Below the pieces are notes generated by a model that worked only from the letters and a program-made list of their open reading frames with translations, did not search any database and was not told where the DNA came from. From positions 40,796,001 through 40,860,000 of the forward strand of contig OZ024744.1 in assembly GCA_964016885.1 (NCBI GenBank): a stretch of DNA of 64,000 nt, read 5' to 3'. A program made the translations under genes and the position numbers. This DNA is from Eledone cirrhosa. Lineage: Eukaryota. Positions 35,018-47,849 of the stretch are shown here, piece by piece. How positions within the stretch are numbered: position 1 is the stretch's first letter; every line of letters starts with the position of its first letter.

Positions 35018-36829
35018 GTTATATTCATTGTTCCTCCTGTTGTGTTGTATGTCTACGCCATTTTTTTTGTTCAGTCTGTCTATATATTTATTTATTTATT
35101 TGCTTGTTTGTTTATCTTATTTTATTTTGTCTTCTTTGCGCATGCGTTTGCGTGTGTGTATAGTGTTATGTGTGATGTGTGACTAGTGTGTATCGTGTTG
35201 TGTCTGCTGGGTGACTAGTGTGTGTTTATGTGCTTGTGTATGTATTTATTTATCTTATTTTATTTAATTTAATTTACTTATTTATTTATACTTCTCTTAG
35301 GTCAGTGTTGTTTGTTTGGGTGTTGTTGTTGTTCCACTCATTCTTTCTGTTTAGCTTTGGTTTTCTAATTTCTATTTCACTGGCCTCTCTGATTTGCCTA
35401 TCTGCTGGGTCATTCCTATGTTTAGATATTATTCTAATTTCTATATTGTCTATGTTACCGTCATGATGTTGTCTAGCATGTTCGTATAGTACTGACCCGT
35501 TTTTTCGTCCTTTTAGTTCCCCCCAGTGTTGGTCTATCCTTTCACCTATGCTACGAGCTGTCTCACCTATGTATGTTGTTGTCGTGTTTCTGCAAGTACC
35601 CTCTGTACATCTTATGCTATAGACTACGTTTCTAGTTTTACAGTTTATCCGGGGGTTCACCTTACATATGATACATTTCCTATTGGTACAGTGGGTTTTC
35701 TTAAAAGGGTAGGTTTTGCTGATCAGGGATTTTATGGTGGTTCCTGGCTTTTCTACCACCTTTATTTTTAAGTGGGTCTTTCTCAGGGCCTTTCTACACT
35801 GGTTAGCTAATTTCCCTCCAGGGGTGGCGTCCACAAACATGACACTCTGATATCTCTGGTTGTCGTACCATGATGTGGCCTTCCCTATCTTATGTCTAGC
35901 CCTATCTAAGCTATTCCATGATTTGCTCCTGTATAGTGGGCAAATTCCTTTCATGTCCAGTTCTGTGAGGGTCTTATACTTTTCCATGGCTCCTTCGTAT
36001 ACTCTGACTCTGTCTCTTTGGTTGTAGCCAGAGAACTGCATGCGGTTGATGAAGTGTTGGATGTGTCCTTCCATTTCTGTTAAGGATAGAAACAACAACA
36101 ACCACCATGATAACAATAATAACAATAATGATAATAATAATAACAATAATAGCAACACACACAACTATGACGATAGAAATAACGACAACCCCTTAGAGAA
36201 ACTATTTTTCAACCCAGCTGACAAAACATATAAGATGGGTAATATCTATCCTACGAGGTTACCCTTTAATAAAAGAGTTTGCATACCACAACAAATAGAT
36301 GACGAGACGGAGGCACAGTTCACCATAGCTAGAAATAAGATTAGACAAGTAGTAGACAGGTACACTATGAGACAGAGCAGACCAGAGGCCCAACAACTTG
36401 GGATAAAACCTGTAGAAGGCTTGGTTAGCCTCAAGCAGCGCACAAGGGATGGTGAGGTAGTGTGTCTACCCACAGATAAGTCTGGTAGGATGTCAATAGA
36501 TAGCATGCCGAACTACATCGAGGCAATGCAACCCCACATCACCAACACGAGCGAAGTTGCACAACTAACACACGATGGGAGAAAAATCCTCAACGCTCAC
36601 ATGATGATGTGGACTGACATCCTAAAGCCAAGCAGACGCACTGCCAACAACTTCCAGGCGTCTAACAATGGCATACCACCCTTGTATGGGCTCCGCAAAG
36701 ACCACAAGACAGTCGACGACCCGACAATAGGACCACCAACAAGACCTGTATGCGGAGCCCACACTACTCAGCCCACACTACTCATGCTAGCATGGAAAAT
36801 GGACGTTAAACGATGATGATGAAGATATG

Positions 36830-37145
36830 TATACTTCGTTTTTGAATTTGTTTTGCAAGATTTCTAATCTGAAAATGTGTGTTAAAACAAATATTGTTAT
36901 ACTTTGGGAGGGTCATGCTGCAAAACACACGCACCTGTTGGTTTTCACTTCAATTTATTATAAATTTCTGGTTGGTTCAATAACCAGATGGTTTTTATAT
37001 AAAGCTCTTTTGTCACACATTCTGTGACCTCCTCAGTGACTGATTTGTTATTTTGTATCTCTCTCTTGTTTTGTCCTACACCACAAGAACAAGATGGTGT
37101 AAGACAGAACAAAGGAGAGACACAAAATAACAAATCAGTCACTGC
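36830..37145 (-). mobile_element. pLTR/ORF-start fragment of a related Neptune-like family with a 110-bp fold-back
   Basis: Encodes [22 protein letters not shown], similar to the start at 34790. Hairpin at 37035-37144. Confidence 0.7.
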
Positions 37146-37229
37146 TGATAATGGACATTTAAGGATAATGATGATGATAGAAAGGACAATGTTGATGATG
37201 ATGATAATTATTATGATGTTGCTGCTACT

Positions 37230-37260
<31 letters not shown>

Positions 37261-37799
37261 ATGAGGAGGAGGAGGAGGAGGCGGAGGGTGTTGTTTCTGT
37301 TCTGCTAGAAGTCAAGCCTTAAACAATCATCAGTCTTATGATCAAAAGATTCTTGCCATGGCCCTCCCATATTTTCAGAAATAATTTATCTCATTCTGTA
37401 CTATGTACTATACAAAATGTCGTCCCCAATTTATTTTTATCCTAAGAAAGTTGAGGGTGATTTGAGAGAAATGTGGTTATTGTCTCTAGCAGATCATGTA
37501 CCAATATAGATTTCTCATTGTTGGCTTTAAATAGTTTCCAAAACACTTTTAAATACTTGTCAATGGTTTCTAATATTTTCACTATCTAGAACAACTTGAA
37601 CGCCTTTTATTTAACCTTCAGCACGCTGTTGGTGACAAATTGTAATCTCCCTTTGATACATAATGCAATATCAAAGGACGCAATTCATAAAAAAATTCAA
37701 CATCCTAAAGGTTAAGTTTCTTTTTATATTAAACTGCTTGAAACCATCCCCATTTAATGACATAAAACTACCTTCTATTACATTAAAGTGATTATGTTA

Positions 37800-38152
37800 A
37801 AGGGTGGTGGGTTGGCAGTATTGGTAGAGCATTAGACAACATGCTTTGTGATATATGGTTATGTTCCTTTGTGTTCTAATTTCAAATCCCTCCAAGGTTA
37901 GCTTTGCCTTTCATATTTATGGGTTTGTTAAAATAAAGTAGAAGTAATACACTGGGGATTGATTTAATCAACTTTCCCCACCATTATATTAAAGGCGGTG
38001 GATGGCAGTATCAGTAGAGTTACAGCCCTTTATGGTCTGAGTTCAAATCCCGCCGAGGTTAACTTTCCCTTTCATCCTTACGGGGTCAATAAAATAAAGT
38101 ACCAGTAATACACTGGAGTAATAGCTGGCCCTGTGCCAAAAGTAGAAACAAT
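37800..38152 (+). mobile_element. Two tandem Nin/Deu-domain tRNA-SINEs
   Basis: Same diagnostic motifs as 2362-2488. Confidence 0.8.
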
Positions 38153-38425
38153 TATATTAAAGTGATTTATCCAATGGAAAGTATGATTTGAAGGAACATA
38201 GGATTCATTTTCTAGTAGTTTGAGTAACTCTGCCAAAACTTCCCCTCTTATTTCTCACTCCACTTAGTAGTATTAGTCATGGACTGGGACTTGGTGTATT
38301 GGATAACTACTCCTTGCTCATATGCTCATACACTCTAAGTTTCATATGGTCTCAAGGGCAGGATGCCATTCTTAATGCTAACTACTACTGTCTAGCTGAT
38401 GCCAGCATGAGAAGTCAGAAATTGA

Positions 38426-38434
38426 AGATGATGA

Positions 38435-38468
<34 letters not shown>

Positions 38469-38514
38469 GATGATAATGATGATGTTGAAGATGATGATAA
38501 TGATGATGACGATC

Positions 38515-38547
<33 letters not shown>

Positions 38548-38700
38548 GTGATGATGACAATAATGGTAATGATGAAGATGATAATGATCATAATGATGTT
38601 GATGATGATGATGATGGTGGTGATGATGATGACGATGATGATGATGATGACGATGATGATGACGATGATGATGATGACGACGATGATGATGATGATAAGG
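38426..38700 (+). repeat. (ATG)n microsatellite
   Basis: Direct reading. Confidence 0.95.
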
Positions 38701-39780
38701 ATGAATTCCCATATATGCTACTACATATTCAATTTCAGATTTTTTGTGCAAACTATTTCCAAACTTATTCACTAGAGATCTTTTTTACAATTGGCATTAC
38801 ATCTGTCTTCTTCAGTAACAACATTACTTGCAATTTATATCTGGGAAACTGAAACTTTTAAGCATATATTTGTCACTTGTCATTTGCTTACAATTCTAGC
38901 ATTTCAATCTATTGAAGGCAAACATGGGTAAAATGGTTAGTTTCCATCAATATATCGATAACGCCTACTGATTTTTATCCATTCTTAGAAAAACAAACAA
39001 ATGTTCGTTAAATCAAACCCTGCAATGCCCTCCTCTCTCTTCTACTATCTATTTATCTATCTAATAATTCCACCAACCTATCACATTAGACCTTCTTAGT
39101 TCAGAAACTTTTGGGGGAACCCCAAAGTCTAATATTGTTATATAGTTGTAATATAAATATACTCCTCTACCTTTTTTCCCAGAACCCCAGATACTCCTTT
39201 GCAGAACTCTTGGGTTCCACGGAACCCACTTTGGGAACCACTGCATTAAATTTGATTTTATTAACCCCAAAAAGATGAAATGCAAAGTTGACTACATTGC
39301 AATTTGAACTCAGAAATGCTTCAAAGTATTTTGGTCTACACTTGAATGACTCAGTCAATTCGCAGCCTATGCAAACATAAGGCTATTTAACTGTTTAGTA
39401 TATATTTATATATAATCAATGCTGGTGTTACAAAGAATTCACATAGCACACCTTGTAAAGTGGTGATAAGAACGACATCCAGCTATAGAAACCAGGTGTA
39501 AAAGGGTTGGAGAACTCCTCAGTTGTGTCAAGGGCACAATAACCTTCCTAGTGCTAAATACATAATACAAAACACCCTGTACACTGTAAAATGCTTGGTG
39601 ATAAGAAGGGGCACACACCCATAGAAGCTTTGCTAAAACAAAAGATAAAGATAACATTTCTAGTGCTGGTACCACAGTAAAATGCACTGTGCCTTCTGTT
39701 GAGTATAGGAATATAAGTAATAGGATGTAGCTCCCAACCTATCTCAGTGATTAGTGGCTCTTGGTAGAAAATGGACATTT

Positions 39781-40017
39781 AATGATGATAATGATGGTGA
39801 TGGTGGTGGTGGTGGTGATATTGTAGATGATGATGATGATGATGATCATGACGTTGAGGGTGATGATGATGATGATGATGATGATGATGGTGTTGATGAT
39901 GATGATGATGATGATGATGATGTTGATGATGGTGTTGATGACGAGGTTGATGATGATGGTAATGAGGGTGATGATGATGATGATGATTATGAAGATGAGG
40001 ATTATAATGATGATGAA
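39781..40017 (+). repeat. (GAT)n microsatellite
   Basis: Direct reading. Confidence 0.95.
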
Positions 40018-40172
40018 TCACAGCAGAATGAATGACCCCTTCATAATATATGCTGAATGCAGATTGATTTTTGTGTGAAACAGCTAAAGTTTTTCAGTAG
40101 TTTAATAGCATCTATGGTCACTAAGTTTACATATATTAGCAAAAGTACACTTAAGAAACTTGGTTCCTCTTT

Positions 40173-40280
40173 CTAGCATTGTGTAAATGTTACTACTGCT
40201 GGCCAGTGAATGACACTTGCCATGGCTTCACTTGTAACTCTACGATGAATAGCTGCTGCTAAACCCACACAGGGGATTTG
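40173..40280 (-). CDS. Candidate terminal coding exon of an unidentified host gene (QIPCVGLAAAIHRRVTSEAMASVIHWPAVVTFTQC*)
   Basis: Non-repeat sequence, ttccacttag acceptor, phase 0 compatible with 42232-42347. Confidence 0.45.
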   Translation of the reverse strand, partial: QIPCVGLAAAIHRRVTSEAMASVIHWPAVVTFTQC

Positions 40281-41156
40281 CTAAGTGGAAATTATCTTTT
40301 TTTATCCCACCGAACATCATCATCATCTGGTCGAGCTTGCTCGGACATTTATGAGACTAGCACGCCATCCATCACAAACATATTAAACAGTTAATATTTT
40401 CAGTGGCATATATAATAATATATATTGTACAAGTTATTAATAGTTAAGTAGGGTGAAGTACACACAGACATACTGCAATTATGATAAAATTTCATGTTGA
40501 AATGTATTCAGTTTTTGATTTTGTTTTAGTAAGAAACATTTATTGTGTAGGATGTATAATTGTGATATCAGAAAGAAGAAATAAATGGTGATGTGGAAAA
40601 TATTTTATTGTAAAACCATTATAATTTAAAATCCCGGAAATAGCTTGGGTAATTGATGTGTTAAAGCTATATTGGTATTAATGTTTTCTGGTGGAGGAAA
40701 ACCATTAATATTATAAGTGATAATTAGGAGAACAGATATGGAGGTGTTGGGTGTATGTTATATCAGAAACCTACAATTGCATTTGCAAGTATAATGTAAA
40801 AATGTAGGTTAGGTACAAATATAATTATAAAGCTATAATATATAAGTTATCTGAATTTTGACTTAATGATGGGATAATATGTATGTCTAAAAGTATTCTT
40901 GAGTGTAATGTAATTATATGAGGGTGGTGATGTACATAAATAGGAAAATCAAATATATATATATATGTGTGTGTGTGAGTGTGTGTGTATATCATGTTTT
41001 ATATAAAAATGGCTTCTACAGGACTAGAACTGTTTCAAAAGAAATCATCAGGAAAGCGTGGTGTTTACACTCTACTAATGTATTGAGTACCTTACTAACT
41101 ATGGTGACCCCCAATTGAACCTGGGACTCACACAAACACGCATACATACATATATA

Positions 41157-41643
41157 TGTACAGCCACCGGAAATAACATCTGTGAAATAAACAGCTCCAT
41201 CTATATGCTTAGCTAGCTACCTCACCGTCAAACAAACAACCCTTAAAGCCACCAAAAATAAAACACCTACGCAGCGGCTAAACATCAAACGATTATTTCT
41301 GTATAAATAGAGTGATTCCAAACACTTTCGCCAGTTGACTTTGGCAGAGTCAACTCGCGTATCGTTGTTCCTCTCCTCTGCCACACTTGTCACTCACATA
41401 CGCCTTGCACCTCTGTATCGTAGCTTCATTTATGAAAATAAATAGCTGACTGAAACTACATCTCTCACCTTGCTCGTCCTTTTAACTTGTGCTTTCGTCT
41501 GTTCATCCTTATCGTATGAGACAACAGTCCTTTTAAGGGCTACCCTCGGATCCGATCAGACCGTATGCAATAACAGTCCTTTTAAGGGCTATTCCCGGAT
41601 CTGATCAGAAGTAGTGACCAGACTGACTAACCACATCGCTACA
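41157..41643 (+). mobile_element. Solo LTR
   Basis: TGTA...TACA ends in a (TA)n tract. TATAAATA at ~41302, AATAAA at ~41437, internal duplicate aacagtccttttaagggcta. Confidence 0.6.
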
Positions 41644-41724
41644 TATATAACACATATATATATTATATATATATTATATATATATAATATATATATATAC
41701 ATAACATATATATATATACATAAC

Positions 41725-41755
<31 letters not shown>

Positions 41756-42231
41756 TATTATATATATAATATATATATTTATATAATATATATATATGAA
41801 TAAAAATAACCAGGATTAAATTACATTAAATTATTTAATTGATTTATTGATTTACGAATGTTTCTATTGATATTCTTTGCCTTATATGGTTGCGTTATCA
41901 ACTTGCCTAAACTATTATATATATATATATATGTACATATATGTGTGTGTATATATCCTCCTCCTCACCATCATCATCACCATCATTGTCATCATCATTA
42001 TCATGTTACGTCAGATTTCCATGCTGGCATGGGTTAGATAGGCTGTCATGGTGTGAAACAAGATAGGCTAGAGTGACCAATCTAGCTAGTTATCTTCCAC
42101 ATTTGGCATGGTTTTTATGGCTAGATGCCCTTTCTTACACCAAAAACCGCACCTGAGTGCACTTTTTCTGACACCAGTACTATTTTGTAAAATGGTAGTG
42201 GATGCATTTATCATGGTACAAATACAAACAC

Positions 42232-42347
42232 TTTACAAGCTGTACTGAGTGTATTAAAGAGGTTGTCATATGCTTGGCTAGACTGAAGAATTATCACAAT
42301 CGCTACATTGTTTTCTTTCAGTTGCCAATTACTGTAGCACAAGTGAA
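42232..42347 (-). CDS. Candidate internal host exon (HLCYSNWQLKENNVAIVIILQSSQAYDNLFNTLSTACK)
   Basis: Strong polypyrimidine + cag acceptor, open frame, weak GT donor. Confidence 0.5.
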
Positions 42348-42529
42348 CTGAAAGAAAGGTTAAGGATAAAAAGAAGTAAACATAGTGTGCAAGAGGTGGC
42401 TTCTGGTCTCTCACCAAGTTTACTTTTAGTGTGACAGTACTTCTACTGGTTAGCAGGTCCTCTGAAATATTGTAAATTGCCAGTCAGCTCACTCACGTGT
42501 CACATCCTTAATGAGAGTCAGTTTCTTAT

Positions 42530-42905
42530 TAATCATCTTGCCAACAACAACCCTTTGAATTCTATGTGTCTAACACCCGTGGGCATGCCTACAAAGTCAC
42601 AAAACAACACAGCTTCCAGCACTTTTTGAAAAAAATGTTCATGCCCTGAGTTGCTGAAGCATCAGTTATTAGCTGTCGGGACACTGCATCCTTCAAAACA
42701 TCCATGCTTCCTGAAATTCACCAAAACTACACCTGATATTCCCCCTCCATACACACACACGTGTGTGTGTGGTGGGGTGTGTGTCAGTGTGGATATCATG
42801 ACTCATACACTCTTCACTTTCCTGACATTTGTACATTATTCTATGTACTATACTTGTACTTTTGATGAGCTGTAGTGCACCTGAGCACTGTACACAATAA
42901 TTTCA
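42530..42905 (+). mobile_element. CR1/L2-type LINE 3' fragment
   Basis: NTRGHAYKV motif, (TTA)n tail; same family as 46235-46700. Confidence 0.75.
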
Positions 42906-42917
42906 TTATTATTATAA

Positions 42918-43712
42918 CTTCAGCCCATGTCTTCCTTGTTCTCCCTCTTCCACAGACTCCATCCACCTTAAGAACTTGGAACTTTTTTTATACAACTCTC
43001 TTTATGCATAACATGCCCAAGCTCTCTTGCACACTACATTCAATTCTTCTTATCCTCAATGTTTTTTCTCAGATCACTTGTGCTGTCATTCATGTACACT
43101 AACATTACCCATCCAGTAGAGCATACCTGCTTCATTTCTTTTTAGCTGATATAATCTTCAGCACTTGAAGCCTATGTCTAGCTGGTATGTAGCATAGCTG
43201 TTTGAACATAAGCATCATATAATATACCCTTCACTCAGAGGGAAGCCCTTTGTTGCCAGTAGAGGTAACAGCTCCTTGATCTTCTTCCACCCTGTTCTCA
43301 CTCTGGTTACATTTTCAGTACATCCACTGCCAATGAGATCACCTAGATAGTAAAAGCTATCTACCACTTCCAGGGAACTTTCTGAACATTTGAGAAAGTT
43401 TATTTCTTGAGTATCTCAGTACCCTTACAGTTGAATACTCTTGTACATCTACCACATATAATGTCTACACTTCCTGTCAGTCTACCTATGTCACACTACA
43501 TCTCTTGTTTGTCCACTGCCTAATTTGTGTACACTGTGTGGAATTCCTACCTACTCATTTTCTACCTATTCAACATGGTCATTTACCCGATGGTAGCAGT
43601 ATCTTATTCTCTTTCCTGATTTCTTAAACCTTAGTTTTTGCTAGATTAATTTTGAGGCTCTTTGATTCAAGATTTTGCTTCCATTTTGGGACTTCTCTAA
43701 ATCTACAATTTC
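42918..43712 (-). mobile_element. Old RTE-clade LINE fragment
   Basis: LESKSLKINLAKTKV, FYYLGDLI, GRGRTRKTWAE on the minus strand. Confidence 0.75.
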
Positions 43713-44067
43713 TGCTATTAGGTCTTTGAAACATTAGTTGATTATAATATAATTCTATATAGTGAGTTGTTTGTAAATATACTTTTATTATTGAATATCT
43801 GCCATTTGACAATATCATTAAGAAAATTTTGATGGAAAGCCTGTTGTAACCACTGCATCATGTTGAGAAATTGTGTGAACTAGAAAAAAAAAGAGAATTA
43901 TTTCTTTAGATTTAATTTACTATGGGTTTTATACCTTTTTCGCATATGCATAACATCAAGTAATGTTACTTAAGTAAAACAATTATAGTTTTATGATGTT
44001 TATACTATATAATGAAATGAATACTAATTTTGAAAATCAAAATAGTTATTAATTTCAAATAAGTTAA

Positions 44068-44292
44068 CCCTTTAGCATTTACATTACTATACATATATAT
44101 ACTATTGTATTTTTATGGTAAAGGGTTAATCTTACATAATTATCTCACATAATATCAAATCTACAAGAATTTGATGTTATTTATTTTGAGAACAATACCT
44201 TAACAGTGGTATGAGAAGTCAGTTATGGCTGGTTTGAACAGAAAGAGGTGAGAGAAATCAGGCCAGATACAGCTGGTTTAAATGCTAAAGGG
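44068..44292. mobile_element. piggyBac-like MITE
   Basis: TTAA-ccctttagcattta ... taaatgctaaaggg-TTAA: 14-bp TIR starting CCC, with TTAA TSD. Confidence 0.8.
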
Positions 44293-44296
44293 TTAA

Positions 44297-44615
44297 ATAC
44301 CTCTCACCTGGGATGTCACATGCAGCAACACATTCTCCAGTGGCAACCTGGTGCAGTCTGCAACTAACCCAGACACTGCAGCACTTGAGGCTGAGGAGGG
44401 TAAACTCTTAAAATATCGGTCGCTCTCCGACAAGAGTGCCTAGCAGTGGAGACTTCTGGTGTCTTTGGCCCTAGGGCAAGCCTCCCTACTTACCACCATA
44501 GGTGCTGAGTTGGCAAGCCACAGGTGTGAACCTTGTGAGATGGAATGGCTCTTCCAGCGCATCTTTCTTACCATCCTCCGGGGAAATGCCTTCTCTATTC
44601 TGTCCGCTGGGACTG
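44297..44615 (+). mobile_element. CRE-like RLE retrotransposon 3' fragment
   Basis: TWDVTC, KLLKY, AVETSGVFGP, FQRIFLTILRGNA motifs. Confidence 0.7.
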
Positions 44616-44761
44616 TGGGCGGCCAGTACATTGGACTCCATTTGTTCATAACAATGAGAGATGGAGAAGGCAATGAGATAAAGGCGATCACAGTGGGAGT
44701 TTGGCTCCTCTGTGTTCAGACTGGGTGTATATGTATGCGTATGTTTACCATTATTATTATA

Positions 44762-45060
44762 ATTAAAGGTGGAAAACTGGGAGAGGGCACTTGCCCTGGT
44801 GGTCAGGGTAACTGTGGCTTTTTAATGGGCTTTCTCCACGAATGTTCCTCAGAAGTCTCCCCCCTATTATGGAATTTTTTCATTGTTCTATTATTACATC
44901 CTCTGTTTTTGTTTTTTTACACGCAGAAATGCCCATTTGTACCGTCCTGTATTGTCCTGTACTGTCCTTAATGTCTACTTTGTGTAAACCCTTGTGGTTA
45001 ATAAAGAAAGCATTATTATTATTATTATTGTTATTGTTATTGTTATTGTTATTATTATTA
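44762..45060 (+). mobile_element. L1/Tx1 3' UTR fragment with (TTA)n tail
   Basis: Matches the inverse of 3572-3750; AATAAA precedes the tail. Confidence 0.75.
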
Positions 45061-45152
45061 TCACTTCACTTCATTGAAAACATTAATCCTAAAGTGTCTA
45101 ACTTCGTTTGTATGGTCTGTAAGCATTGTACAGAAACAGGTGAAAATCTGAC

Positions 45153-45227
45153 CTTTCCTCATAACACATGCCAAGTGTTTCTCTTTTCCATTTTCTGTCT
45201 CCGCAACTACTGCATGTAATGTTGTTG
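45153..45227 (-). CDS. Candidate internal host exon (TTLHAVVAETENGKEKHLACVMRK)
   Basis: 75 nt, ag acceptor, AAAG/gtcaga donor in phase 1, matching the phase-1 start of 42347. Confidence 0.45.
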
Positions 45228-45993
45228 CTACCAATCACAAATTTAGGATAATTTCAGTAATTATATATAAGTAATGTCAAATGACACATAATTTAAGGAG
45301 CATACATTTGCCACTGTGGCATCAGGTAATTTTGAAAATATAGATAGTTATTAAGCGAACATAAGATTAAATAAAATAAATAAATTTTAAAATGTTGGTA
45401 TAGTTCCTGATGGTAGTAATTGTACAAAACTATTCATAAGATATCCCTCATTCAAACATTACAATATATAGTTATAAAAAAAAAAAACAGTGATTTGAAA
45501 AAAATGAAAAGAAAAGAATTTGAAAAATGGTGTATAGATGTTTATATACGCATATTACAGGAAAATATTACCTTACAGAGATGTTATAAGAATTTGCTCT
45601 TCATTCATAATTCCAGGATGTATGTGTGTGTATGTGTGTGTGCTTGTGTGTGTGTGTGTGTGTTTGCTTGTGTGTGTGTGAGCACTTGTGTGTGTGTGTG
45701 AATCAATTCATTATTTTTAAAAATCTTAAACATCATGTAATGATTTTAGCAGAAAATATCTAAAACCAAGTTTGTTAATTCAAATGTTTATAGTATTTTT
45801 ACAAGTGGATAGATTATGGTCATAATATGCAGTATTTTAGTTAAAGAATTTAATTTTTAATGTTTTAATGTAATGTAGTCATGAAGCTGTTTTGTACTTT
45901 TCAATAATGACATGGTAATAGTTTCATGTAATTCAAATGTTCACAGCACCTTTTCTAATTTGCAATATTAGAGTTAAAGAATTTAATTTTTAA

Positions 45994-46209
45994 CCCTTTA
46001 GTATTTACATTACTCTGTATTCACTATTGTTTCTACTTTTGGCACAAGGCCAGCAATTACTCAGTGCATTACTGGTACTTTATTTTATCGACACCGTAAG
46101 GATGAAAGGCAAAGTTAACCTCGGCGGGATTTGAACTCAATCCGTAAAGGGACGTAACTGTGCTGCAAAGCATGGCATCCGACCTTCTACCGATACTGTC
46201 AATCCACCA

Positions 46210-46240
<31 letters not shown>

Positions 46241-46883
46241 TATTACTGTATTCAGTGCTCAGGTGCACTACAACTCGTCAAAGGTGCATGTATAGTACAT
46301 AGAGTAATATACAAATGTCAGGAAAATGAACAGTGTATGAGTCATGATATACATGTGTGTAAGGAGGGGGAATATTAGGTGTAGTGTTGGCGAATCTCAG
46401 GAAGTATGGAGGTTTTAAAGGATGCAATGTCTCAACAGCTAACAACTGATGCAGGGAGTTTGTTCCATGCCTCAGCAACTCTGAGCATGAAAAAATGTTT
46501 CTGAAAGTCATGGGAGCTGTGCTGTTTTCTAACTTTGTAGGCATGCCCACGTGTGTTAGACACATGGAAGTTAAAGAGGTTCTCAGGGTTGTTGTTGGCA
46601 AGATGGTTAATAATTTTGTGGTTGTTTACCAAGTCAGTTGCCAGACATCAGAACTTCAATGTATACATGCCCAGGGAAGCAAGGCATTCAGAGTATGATA
46701 GATGCCTGATGGGGGGTTTTCACATAAAAGGCTTTATTTCACATAATATTGAATCTACAAGATTTTAATATTCATTTTGAGAACAATACCTTAACATAAG
46801 TATGAATGGCCAGTTACGACCAGTTTGAATAGAAAGGGGTAAGAGAATTATGGCCAGATATGGTCTGTTTAAATGCTCAAAGG
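45994..46883. mobile_element. Second piggyBac-like MITE interrupted by a Nin-SINE (46025-46205, -) and a CR1/L2 fragment (46235-46700, -)
   Basis: Left TIR ccctttagtatttac; right half 46735-46883 homologous to 44150-44292; TRGHAYKV..WNKLPASVV. Confidence 0.75.
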
Positions 46884-47540
46884 TTATTGTGATGCAGTCA
46901 TGATGCTGTTTTGTACTTTTCAAGAATGTTTTGCTGATGTAGTTTCATGATGTACAGGACATTATTTAAAATTAATTTAGTTAGAATATGTTTAGCGTTC
47001 CAACAGTAACACACACTGGGAATTATATTTCCTTTACTAATTTAAAACACTGAATGTGGTGTTTTATGTGAAATTAAATATCTTAAAGCTAATCTTATTT
47101 CTATGACGCTTTTTGAGTACAAAAATAGTGTAGTTCAAAGAAGAAAAAAAAACATGAGGGTTGGCGACAGACTTTGAAAATTCTTTCTTTTAATGAATAG
47201 GACATGAGGGAATTATTAATTTGTGTATTTATGATTTAAAATCTTTTATTAATTGTTATAAATAACATTCAGTATCTGAAATGGAAACAAATAGGCAGAT
47301 TGATGTTTTATGTTGGTTTCTAGAACAAATAGAAACAAAATATATATATATAACCCTTCCAGCTACAGCTGTTAATGGTTTTAGAATATTGAAAATGGAG
47401 AAAATGTTAGCAGCCAATAGAAACAGATGATTATAATTTTTCATATATATATATATATGTATATATATATAATATATATATATATGTATATGTATATATA
47501 TATATGTATATGTATATGTATATATATATATACATATATA

Positions 47541-47795
47541 TCGTGTAGGTGTCACGACAAAAAAACACACAGTCCACGCTGTAATGTGGCCGTGTAGGCA
47601 ACACGGTAAAAACCTCCCAGACCCACACTGTAAATGTGGTTGGTGTTAGGAAGGGCATTCAACTGTAGAAAACCTGCCAGACAGTCCTATGCGAGCAAGA
47701 CAATCACTCTTGCCTCAAGTGGGACTACCCCCGTCCAAACCCATGCAAGCGTGGAACACGGACGTTAAACGTTGATGATGATGATGATGATGATG
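47541..47795 (+). mobile_element. RTE LINE 3' UTR with (GAT)n tail
   Basis: ggaagggcatt..ctgtagaaa, ggacgttaaac + (gat)n; same as 55427-55675. Confidence 0.85.
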
Positions 47796-47840
<45 letters not shown>

Positions 47841-47849
47841 GTATATGTA

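Larger units (their letters stand above)
30581..36757 (-). mobile_element. Young Neptune-like Penelope element: full copy + upstream partial tandem copy (pLTR) + inverted internal segment
   Basis: 30581-31952 is directly repeated almost perfectly at 34709-36080. 36081-36757 is the inverse of ~32991-33641. The left end abuts a (TA)n tract. Confidence 0.92.
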
